Source: a virus
Lineage: Duplodnaviria; Caudoviricetes
Length of the DNA stretch: 25,567 bases
IMG/VR virus record: IMGVR_UViG_3300042326_000426
Location: 1 to 25,567 of that record
Reading direction: 5' to 3' (one strand)
In this document: one piece after another, positions 17,307 to 23,932 of the stretch
How positions within the stretch are numbered: the first letter of the stretch is position 1
Layout of the letters: every line of letters begins with the position of its first letter
Position numbers and translations under genes: made by a program
The notes under the pieces: generated by a model
Seen by the model: only the letters and a program-made list of their open reading frames with translations
Database searches by the model: none
Told to the model about the DNA's origin: nothing

Positions 17307-17735
17307 TTAGTTGCCAGGCGATACTAAACTTTGATAACCTACTCTGTTCACTAAATTGCAAGCATCAAATAGAGCTAGTCTATACCTATATTTCAATTGG
17401 TTATAAGTTAAATCTAAATACATTCTATTAAGTTTATTAATGCTTAATCTCTCCGGAAAGTTCCTTAAAGATAATAACTCCCTATTCTCCTTATCTAATT
17501 TTAGTAAAGTAAAGATTACTAATTCATATATTGATAGCTGCTTAGGCGTTGCTTTAAGGTTCTTATTTTTCTTATCATAATATCCCCAATCTTTACTATC
17601 ATAATGGACTGTTCCTATTATCTTGAACATAGAAGGTGATCTATTATTTTTAACACCAGGTATTATCTTCTCAACGAATGAAGCTGTGCTTAGGTAGTTA
17701 TCAAATTCATCTATTGTTATAGGAGTGTTAATCAT
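17307..17735 (-). CDS. Putative late-transcription regulator (DUF6362-like, Q-position gene)
   Basis: ATPKQLSIYELVIFTLLKLDKENRELLSLR plus a C-terminal HTH-like segment resembling sigma region 4; last gene before the packaging operon. The family call is tentative. Confidence 0.4.
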   Translation of the reverse strand: MINTPITIDEFDNYLSTASFVEKIIPGVKNNRSPSMFKIIGTVHYDSKDWGYYDKKNKNLKATPKQLSIYELVIFTLLKLDKENRELLSLRNFPERLSINKLNRMYLDLTYNQLKYRYRLALFDACNLVNRVGYQSLVSPGN

Positions 17736-17875
17736 TTTTTGGCGCAGCAGTTCCCTTGTATCATGGCTAAATAGTACCTACCATATCTTGATATAAATAC
17801 AATTGGTCTAGCAGTTATCCCCCCTTTAATAAACAAACAATAATCTCAGGAGAGCTAGCTATACTTTAGTCTGAT

Positions 17876-18016
17876 TGCTTATGCTTATATAAGCATATAA
17901 GCATATATAAGCATATATACTTAAATATACTAATAAGATTATATATAGGTATATATATATAGGTATATATAATGTCCAAATTTTGGACTACCCCTGTTCA
18001 ATTTTTGGACTACCCC
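17876..18016. repeat. Candidate replication origin: two tandem 22-bp iterons plus an AT-rich repeat/palindrome region
   Basis: TGTCCAAATTTTGGACTACCCC (17973-17994) and TGTTCAATTTTTGGACTACCCC (17995-18016); TATATATAGGTATATA x2; ATAAGCAT x3; 18-bp palindrome TATGCTTATATAAGCATA (17880-17897). Confidence 0.7.
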
Positions 18017-18018
18017 CC

Positions 18019-18414
18019 CTAAATAATATTGATAACGTTAGCTGATTTAGATGTATGCTTTTTAGTAGATTTCTTTTTAATACCTACCTTAATAAACTTA
18101 CGGAACTGATTATTACGCTTAATAGACTCCTGGCGTTTTGATTTATCCAATGTGTAAGTTGATGTCTGTTCTAAATGGGTCTTAAATCTTGCAACGTACC
18201 CCAAATTTTGCAAGCGATCCAAATACTTGATGATTGTACCCCTAGACTTAATCCCTGTACGTTCTTGTAGGTATTTAAGCGATACCCTAATACCTCTTGG
18301 AGCATGCTCAAACGACTTTAAGATAACGTAGATAATCTTCTCATGGGAATTGAGTTCAAAAGAATCTAATATATCTTTAGTTATCTTCTCAAATTTAATT
18401 GTTATCGGTTTCAT
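18019..18414 (-). CDS. Winged HTH protein resembling the N-terminal domain of phage replication initiators
   Basis: ILDSFELNSHEKIIYVILKSF...VSLKYLQERTGIKSRGTIIKYLDRLQNLGYV..STYTL; abuts the iterons. Confidence 0.7.
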   Translation of the reverse strand: MKPITIKFEKITKDILDSFELNSHEKIIYVILKSFEHAPRGIRVSLKYLQERTGIKSRGTIIKYLDRLQNLGYVARFKTHLEQTSTYTLDKSKRQESIKRNNQFRKFIKVGIKKKSTKKHTSKSANVINII

Positions 18415-18926
18415 TTCTGTACTTTAAAATCGGCTTCAAGTTCTAATTTTAATTTACTAAAACTATTCCATATCTCAAAGTAAGGAAACCACAGTCCATT
18501 TTTTTGGGCTTTGCAACTAATATGATGAATGATTGTAGTGTGGTCTCTGCCTGCCAAAATTTCCCCAATGTTATGCAACGAATAAGGAGTTAGTTCTTTT
18601 AATAAATTTATAGCAACACTTCTTGCAATAACTAAATGCCTATCCCTTTTATCTGACAACATTAAATTAATATCAACCCCAAAATGATTTGCACTTCTGT
18701 AAAGAATAGCATCTATGATTGGACTAACTTTTGTTATCTTAACATTGCGCTTCCTAGAAAAATCCATAGCTTTGTAATTGCCAATGTGCTGCAATGCCAA
18801 ACGATAACCTGTTTTAAATCCTGCTTTAAAAAAATTAGAATCAGATGCATCTAACTTCTGATACATAGTAGGTTGGATTAAACTTCTAATTTCCTTACGC
18901 CATACATTTTCTGGTTTTGGTCTCAT
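18411..18926 (-). CDS. Stand-alone DnaA domain IV (C-terminal HTH) protein
   Basis: HFGVDINLMLSDKRDRHLVIARSVAINLLKELTPYSLHNIGEILAGRDHTTIIH matches the DnaA signature (SL..IG..FGGRDHTTV.H); no AAA+ domain. Confidence 0.85.
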   Translation of the reverse strand: MRPKPENVWRKEIRSLIQPTMYQKLDASDSNFFKAGFKTGYRLALQHIGNYKAMDFSRKRNVKITKVSPIIDAILYRSANHFGVDINLMLSDKRDRHLVIARSVAINLLKELTPYSLHNIGEILAGRDHTTIIHHISCKAQKNGLWFPYFEIWNSFSKLKLELEADFKVQK

Positions 18927-18947
18927 TGTTTTATCCCCATCGTTAAG

Positions 18948-19115
18948 TTAAAACTTTCTTTTCTTCATGTAAAAATCTTGATTTTTTTGTCTCTGCTTTC
19001 TTATCACAGCTTCCTTTAAACATCTTATACAATAATCCTTGCCGTCAAATTCAACCTCTGCCTGGAATACACAATCACAGCATAATGGAAACTCATTGTT
19101 TTTATTTTCCATCAT
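18948..19115 (-). CDS. Small zinc-finger protein (55 aa)
   Basis: Not in the ORF track. MMENKNNEFPLCCDCVFQAEVEFDGKDYCIRCLKEAVIRKQRQKNQDFYMKKRKF; ATGA overlap. Confidence 0.65.
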   Translation of the reverse strand: MMENKNNEFPLCCDCVFQAEVEFDGKDYCIRCLKEAVIRKQRQKNQDFYMKKRKF

Positions 19116-19357
19116 TTTAAATACTCACTAATAATTTCTGAAGATAATAGTTTAATAATCTTTCTGTATTCTTCTGTGTCTAATAAATCATACACAGCTA
19201 AACGCTGTATCAATGTAAGTTCATCTACTTTAAATTTAAAAACTTCTAAGTTAATCAGCTTCTCTCTCAATGCTTTAGTAGCAACAGGATCAATCCTTGC
19301 CATGTCCAATGCTTCATTGAGCGTCATTTTAAACTGCTTTTCTTGTTTCACAGGCAT
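19112..19357 (-). CDS. Hypothetical protein
   Basis: ORF track; overlaps both neighbours in an operon-like manner. Confidence 0.55.
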   Translation of the reverse strand: MPVKQEKQFKMTLNEALDMARIDPVATKALREKLINLEVFKFKVDELTLIQRLAVYDLLDTEEYRKIIKLLSSEIISEYLK

Positions 19358-19541
19358 ATAATAATACTTCTTGGTTTCTAAAAAATGTTCCTTGTTGTTT
19401 ATTACCTTTGTAATTTCTAACTGTTCTTGAATAAGTTAAGTTATCAAACAACCTATCGCATTGATAAGCAGAGTTATCATTATAAAAATCAAACGTCATA
19501 ATGTTTCCGTTCATCAATAAAATAGTTAAAACTAATTTCAT
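19329..19541 (-). CDS. Hypothetical protein with hydrophobic N-terminus
   Basis: ORF track; ATGA overlap with the upstream ORF. Confidence 0.55.
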   Translation of the reverse strand: MKLVLTILLMNGNIMTFDFYNDNSAYQCDRLFDNLTYSRTVRNYKGNKQQGTFFRNQEVLLYACETRKAV

Positions 19542-19705
19542 CCTAATATCAAAATCAAAATAAGAATAAAAACAATTGAGATAAACTTTAGTCTTGTTTT
19601 ATTAAGACGCTTATCTTCAGCATACGTTTTTTTCTCATTAATTTTTTGCATATTAAAATCAGATATAATTTTGTGTTGTTGTTTATAATAAGCGTTTATG
19701 TCCAT
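19538..19705 (-). CDS. Small protein with C-terminal TM anchor (55 aa)
   Basis: Not in the ORF track. MDINAYYKQQHKIISDFNMQKINEKKTYAEDKRLNKTRLKFISIVFILILILILG. Confidence 0.6.
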   Translation of the reverse strand: MDINAYYKQQHKIISDFNMQKINEKKTYAEDKRLNKTRLKFISIVFILILILILG

Positions 19706-19711
19706 AAGAGT

Positions 19712-19786
19712 CTATAAAAATATTACAACAAACAAACAGAATGAAATGATTGCTGTGTATAATATTACTTTGTTTGTAAGTGTCAT
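19712..19786 (-). CDS. Possible single-TM micro-protein (24 aa)
   Basis: MTLTNKVILYTAIISFCLFVVIFL; fills the gap after the MTase stop. Confidence 0.4.
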   Translation of the reverse strand: MTLTNKVILYTAIISFCLFVVIFL

Positions 19787-19787
19787 G

Positions 19788-20393
19788 TTATTTATTTGCT
19801 TCATAAAAAGCATTAGCAAATCCTTGAGGTGTCATTGATCTAACCTTTGCTCTTTCGTTGGGTTTCATTGCAAAACTTTTGTAATGAATTTCTGACATTC
19901 GTTTTCCATTTATAGTGATAAACTTTGGTTCAACTGGATTTTTAATTGGAATATTAAACTCACCCCATAAACAAGTTTTTTTTGTGTAAGGATCTCCATA
20001 ATCACAAGGGTTAAATATATGTTTTGGCTTCCCAACATAATGAACTAATCTTCCAACTGGATTTTCCATTACCCAAAATTTTGGTTTATGTGCAAAGACA
20101 ATTCTGAAAACAGAATCAATAATTGATAACCCTTCTTGTAATGGTTTTAATCCTTTGTCTTTCCACCATCTAGCACCACTACCTGCAAAATGAGTACAAG
20201 GTGGAGCTGCAAGTATTCCATAAATTTGTTCTTTAAATTTTTTTAACATTCTAATATCACCATCAAAATTCACCCCCCCCCCCACAGTATTCCATTCATT
20301 GTAATCTATGATACGAACATCATAACCATTATCTTTATAAGGTTTAGACCATGAACCTGTGCCGCCGCATAAATCTAAAATAATTTTTTTCAT
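19788..20393 (-). CDS. Minimal C5-cytosine DNA methyltransferase with an in-frame G11 tract
   Basis: Motif I ILDLCGGTG, motif IV AAPPCTHF, motif VI VMENPVG, motif VIII-like YTKKTCLWG and C-terminal RSMTPQGFA; very short target-recognition region. Confidence 0.85.
   Translation of the reverse strand: MKKIILDLCGGTGSWSKPYKDNGYDVRIIDYNEWNTVGGGVNFDGDIRMLKKFKEQIYGILAAPPCTHFAGSGARWWKDKGLKPLQEGLSIIDSVFRIVFAHKPKFWVMENPVGRLVHYVGKPKHIFNPCDYGDPYTKKTCLWGEFNIPIKNPVEPKFITINGKRMSEIHYKSFAMKPNERAKVRSMTPQGFANAFYEANK
20273..20283 (-). repeat. G11 homopolymer inside the methyltransferase ORF
   Basis: C x11 on the plus strand, encoding V-GGG-V; the longest G/C run seen in the window. Confidence 0.9.
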
Positions 20394-20647
20394 ATTACTG
20401 TAATTGATTTGATTGCAGCTGTCGGAATTGCGACTACGTCAGCGTAATCTATGGAGTGATCCTTGTTATAACTCCAAGAACTAAATATCTTTACTGTGTT
20501 TCTACTTTTAGAAAATAAAAAACCAACTGAAACACACTCAGCTAAAGTATGATTTAAAACTTCTGCTTCTGTTAACCAAGCGCCGTCAGCATTACAAATA
20601 TCCATCCAACAAATCTCTACTCTTTGGTAATTAAATTTTTTATCCAT
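20390..20647 (-). CDS. Conserved phage hypothetical protein (small beta-barrel, possibly Sm-like)
   Basis: VEICWMDI...W...CVSVGFL...IPTAAIKSI pattern. Confidence 0.6.
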   Translation of the reverse strand: MDKKFNYQRVEICWMDICNADGAWLTEAEVLNHTLAECVSVGFLFSKSRNTVKIFSSWSYNKDHSIDYADVVAIPTAAIKSITVI

Positions 20648-21137
20648 TGAAAATATTTTCTATTGAAATTAAGTTTGCCATTGGTACAGAATAAACTTTG
20701 GGTCTATCAGTATAACCAAAGTCAGTTAAGTATTCTTTATTACCAATAACATCGCTTGAGTTAACATAACCAACCACCTCAAATATTGGACAACGATCAA
20801 TGACTAATATGTATGTTTCATTTGCAGAACTATCTTGTCTTATGATTAAAAAGTTTTCATTCTTAGGTATCTGGCAACGAACCTGAACTCTTTGATTATT
20901 AAAATATAAATCAGCACCCCTAAAATTATTAACATGATAATTAAAATGTACTTTTAAAACTTTTGCAACAGCAAGTTCAGCAAGTGTACCTGACATAGAC
21001 TTTGCAACCTTGTCGCCAAAGCTACCTTTATAACTATGACCCCAATTAATATTCTGTCTCATGCTTTCAGTAATGCGAAGCAACGCTGTATAACCAGCTG
21101 CAAGTATTTCGTATTCGTCTAATTTAATTTGAATCAT
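20640..21137 (-). CDS. Hypothetical protein, possible restriction-endonuclease-like fold
   Basis: GTLAELAVAKVL...GADL...VQVR...YILV resembles a degenerate E...D...(Q/E)xR nuclease core; no RBS, apparently near-leaderless. Confidence 0.5.
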   Translation of the reverse strand: MIQIKLDEYEILAAGYTALLRITESMRQNINWGHSYKGSFGDKVAKSMSGTLAELAVAKVLKVHFNYHVNNFRGADLYFNNQRVQVRCQIPKNENFLIIRQDSSANETYILVIDRCPIFEVVGYVNSSDVIGNKEYLTDFGYTDRPKVYSVPMANLISIENIFNG

Positions 21138-21138
21138 T

Positions 21139-21179
21139 GTGATTCGTTTTATTAATTCTATTTGTTTTGACTGTCAATA
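21139..21179 (-). promoter_or_regulatory. Leftward promoter with a CGAATCA element
   Basis: TTGACA (21177-21172), 17-bp spacer, TAATAA, then CGAATCA (21146-21140), 2 nt before the ATG at 21137. Confidence 0.6.
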
Positions 21180-21274
21180 ATTTATCAACACAAACAACTC
21201 TAGGTTTTATATATAATTATATGCTATTGAATTATATATCTTATTTGTTGTGTATAAATTAATTGATTATAGTA

Positions 21275-21311
21275 TTGCAATAAAGTGTAAATAGTAATAC
21301 TGATTCGGAAC
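21275..21311 (+). promoter_or_regulatory. Rightward promoter with a TGATTCG element
   Basis: TTGCAA (21275-21280), 17-bp spacer, TACTGA; TGATTCG at 21301-21307; ATG at 21312 without a strong RBS. Confidence 0.5.
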
Positions 21312-22196
21312 ATGAACGATCTTAGAATTACTGATCCAGCTTATAAAGCATTTGGTTTAGAATACGCTAGTGTCTCACAAAATAAATTACCAGAAGATAA
21401 AAGATTTTTTAATTATATAGTTCTTACTCCACAAGAAAGAATGAACATGCCTAAGCGTTCTCACTTTACTATGGGAAACATTGTTCATAACGCAGTTCAA
21501 AAAATTCTTTGCAAAAAAGAAACATTAAAAGATGTTATCTTTAATAAAGAGAAATCATTATTCAAATCATTAAAAGCAGAAAAACCAATAGACGAAAAAG
21601 ATAAAGCCAAAAGATATTACATGGCTAAGAATTTTAAATTAACATTAAAGCAATTTCAAACAGCAATAGAGAGTCTGCCAAAACAAGATTGGAATTTTGA
21701 AACTGAGTATGCAACATGGATAGATGGAATAGGAACTTACTTCAAAATGTTTATAGATTTAGAGGGGCAAGATTACATTGTAGATTTAAAAAATATATTT
21801 GGTTCAGTAATTAAAACTAAAAAAGGTTATTCATATACTAAGAGAGCAGTACCTCAACAACCCTTCCATAGCGATTGTATGCAAATGGCAGCTTATAGTT
21901 TTGCAACAGGCGGTAAGAAACCTGTGCTTATTTATTCTAATCACTTTGAACATAAAGTATTTAGCGAAAACAATTGTGATGATTTAAAACCTGAGAACTT
22001 AAAACATTATTTAGATGAGTTGGTTATGTATCAACAAATATGGGAACAGAAATTAAAGTTAGCCAATGGAGATCCTTATGCTTTAGCTAGACTTATTAAA
22101 CCAGATTTTTCAGACATAAGAAAAAAGCAAGACTTCTTTTGGAATGATGTACCTGAAGAATATATAACTAGATTTTTAAATTATTATAAAAAATGA
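21312..22196 (+). CDS. PD-(D/E)xK exonuclease (RecB/Cas4/lambda-exo superfamily)
   Basis: MGNIVH, ETEY, MFIDLEG..IVDLK and QMAAY motifs; upstream of the annealing protein. Confidence 0.8.
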   Translation: MNDLRITDPAYKAFGLEYASVSQNKLPEDKRFFNYIVLTPQERMNMPKRSHFTMGNIVHNAVQKILCKKETLKDVIFNKEKSLFKSLKAEKPIDEKDKAKRYYMAKNFKLTLKQFQTAIESLPKQDWNFETEYATWIDGIGTYFKMFIDLEGQDYIVDLKNIFGSVIKTKKGYSYTKRAVPQQPFHSDCMQMAAYSFATGGKKPVLIYSNHFEHKVFSENNCDDLKPENLKHYLDELVMYQQIWEQKLKLANGDPYALARLIKPDFSDIRKKQDFFWNDVPEEYITRFLNYYKK

Positions 22197-22279
22197 ACAG
22201 CAATAGATTTGAAATATTTATTATAGCTATGCTTGCATTGGTTGCAGTTGAAACTATTAGACACTTATTTGGGATATGA
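22193..22279 (+). CDS. Single-TM micro-protein (28 aa)
   Basis: MNSNRFEIFIIAMLALVAVETIRHLFGI; ATGA overlap with the nuclease gene. Confidence 0.5.
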   Translation: MNSNRFEIFIIAMLALVAVETIRHLFGI

Positions 22280-22308
22280 AAACGATTAACAATAACAAAG
22301 GAGAAAAA

Positions 22309-22947
22309 ATGGAGAGCATAAACCTGATAGATGCTATCAAGGAATTTAGTGAAAACACCAAAGACAGTTTCATTAATATTCAAGGTAGAAAATATCTTAA
22401 AGTAGTTGATAGACTAAACTTTGTAAGACAGAAGTTTGGGGAGAGACTATGCGTTAAGACAACAACAACATACCCAGATGGTATGGCAATGTTTCAAACG
22501 GAAATCTTTTTAGATGGAAAGTTAATTGGAACTGGACACTCTAAACAAACAGTAAAGAAAGATAAAGAATTTGAGAAGATAGAATCAGTATCTATTGGTA
22601 GAGCTTTAGGTATATCAGGATTTGCTGGATCAGAACTAGCAACCTTTGAAGAGATGAATGATTTTGTTAAATCAAATCCAATACAAAATTTTAGTAACAC
22701 TTATGTCCAATCTAAGTCTCAATCTACAGATGAATCTAGAGACGACATAATTACTAAGATACAAGATGCAGAAAAATTTTCAACAACACCTGGAATATTA
22801 GAAAAGAACTTGCAACAAATTTGGTCGCAGTATTCTGAGAAGCTAGGTTTTATGCAAGTTGAAGATCAAGACTTCTACAATGCAATACTACAAGCTAGAA
22901 AAAAAGCAGAACAAACAGTTAGAACAAGGAGTAACAATGGCAGATAA
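22309..22947 (+). CDS. Putative single-strand annealing protein (Rad52/Sak/ERF-like)
   Basis: QGRKYLKVVDRL, GTGHS and EKIESVSIGRALG..G...LATFEEM motifs; AAGGAG RBS supports the start at 22309; lies between exonuclease and SSB-like genes. Confidence 0.65.
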   Translation: MESINLIDAIKEFSENTKDSFINIQGRKYLKVVDRLNFVRQKFGERLCVKTTTTYPDGMAMFQTEIFLDGKLIGTGHSKQTVKKDKEFEKIESVSIGRALGISGFAGSELATFEEMNDFVKSNPIQNFSNTYVQSKSQSTDESRDDIITKIQDAEKFSTTPGILEKNLQQIWSQYSEKLGFMQVEDQDFYNAILQARKKAEQTVRTRSNNGR

Positions 22948-23158
22948 CAAATATGATAATACACTTTCTCTATGGAAAAATGCAAAGCGTAGAGAAGGTA
23001 AGCAAGACCCTCAATACACAGGCAGCGGAATGATTGAAGGAAAAAAATGGTCTATCTCTGGTTGGATTAACACAGCTAAGAAGAATGAGAAAGCACCGGA
23101 CATTTCTATTAAAGTGAATCCGTTTAAAGAGTCAACAAAAGATAAGATGCCGTTTTAA
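22937..23158 (+). CDS. Putative ssDNA-binding protein (DUF736-like)
   Basis: LWKN...KQDPQYTGSG..ISGW...ISIKV with a C-terminal MPF tail; AAGGAG RBS supports the start at 22937. Confidence 0.6.
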   Translation: MADNKYDNTLSLWKNAKRREGKQDPQYTGSGMIEGKKWSISGWINTAKKNEKAPDISIKVNPFKESTKDKMPF

Positions 23159-23161
23159 TTT

Positions 23162-23461
23162 ATGAGCGATAATATTAATCCAGAACATTATAAGAATAAA
23201 TCTATAGAGACTATTCATGCTATCTGCTCTCAGTTAACTGAGGTAGAAATGATTGGTTATCTTAGAGCTTCTATAATGAAATACATTATGCGTTTCGGCA
23301 CAAAGAATGGACTTACATTAGAGAAGTCAATTGAAGATGCTAAGAAATGCAAATGGTTTATGGATCAATTATTATTAGAATTAGAGTCTATTAAGAAATC
23401 AGGTAGTGATTCTTATAAACATTCTAACGTTCATAGTTTATTTCCAAAGGATAAAAAATGA
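23162..23461 (+). CDS. DUF3310-like protein (T7 gp1.7 / SaV-related)
   Basis: INPEHYK...IETI...GYLRASIMKYIMRFGTKNG...EDAKKCKWFM. Confidence 0.8.
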   Translation: MSDNINPEHYKNKSIETIHAICSQLTEVEMIGYLRASIMKYIMRFGTKNGLTLEKSIEDAKKCKWFMDQLLLELESIKKSGSDSYKHSNVHSLFPKDKK

Positions 23462-23754
23462 ATAAAAAGAATGGCAAAGACTATATCTTCTTAAGTAAAG
23501 TCAAGGCGGATGTATTAAACTACATAGCTAACTTTGTTAAAGAGAAAAATTATTCTCCCACTTTAATAGAGATTGGCAATCGCTTTGGCTTTACTAGAAG
23601 TAGATCCAATGCAATCGTAAATGATTTGGCTAGAGCTAATCTATTATCTAAGGATGTAAGATACCCTCAAAGAAAGATTAAGTTAAGTCATCAACAACTA
23701 ACGAAGATAACTTCTTTGAAGGTTAATGAAATATATCCGGTAAATGAAATTTGA
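23458..23754 (+). CDS. LexA N-terminal-like winged-helix DNA-binding protein (no peptidase domain)
   Basis: VLNYIANFVKEKNYSPTLIEIGNRFGF.RSRSNAIVNDLARANLL...RKIKL aligns with the LexA DBD pattern (I..FI...GYPPT.REI...GF.S...HL..L...G.I...R.I). Confidence 0.75.
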   Translation: MNKKNGKDYIFLSKVKADVLNYIANFVKEKNYSPTLIEIGNRFGFTRSRSNAIVNDLARANLLSKDVRYPQRKIKLSHQQLTKITSLKVNEIYPVNEI

Positions 23755-23932
23755 AAAAACATATTTTTACGAATTCAATGCAAAGTTTAAAGAGATTTTT
23801 GATGATGTGGAAGTTGCTGCAAAGTCAGAAAAACCTAGTGAATTAAAAAGCATGGACATTACGAACATACGCTTTTTAAGATCTAGTATTAAACAAGTAA
23901 AGGAAAAAGAAAAAGATGGAAAAAATCCATGA
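23744..23932 (+). CDS. Hypothetical protein (62 aa)
   Basis: ORF track; overlaps both neighbours. Confidence 0.55.
   Translation: MKFEKTYFYEFNAKFKEIFDDVEVAAKSEKPSELKSMDITNIRFLRSSIKQVKEKEKDGKNP

Noticed and set aside
17876-18016. CRISPR array or protelomerase target site
   Set aside because: The repeats are tandem with no unique spacers, the longest perfect palindrome is only 18 bp, and no cas or protelomerase gene is seen.
18931-18939. TTATCCCCA as a DnaA box upstream of the DnaA-domain gene
   Set aside because: More simply explained as that gene's ribosome-binding site (GGGGA on the minus strand).
15977-21311. CtrA boxes (TTAA-N7-TTAA) in promoter regions
   Set aside because: The TTAA pairs I checked in the intergenic regions did not have 7-bp spacing.
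21314-21328. GAAC-N7-GAAT as a third LexA box
   Set aside because: One mismatch, inside coding sequence, and lacks the spacer similarity shared by the two accepted boxes.
511-22700. Track ORFs 511-702, 1675-1956, 9430-9651, 9963-10160, 13112-13339, 14565-14759, 14780-14989, 15110-15367, 15564-15911, 19176-19361, 22168-22383 and 22494-22700
   Set aside because: Antisense or alternate-frame shadows of better-supported genes, with no RBS or recognisable motifs.
22276-22936. Upstream starts at 22276 and 22859 given by the ORF track
   Set aside because: Strong AAGGAG sites support starts at 22309 and 22937 instead.
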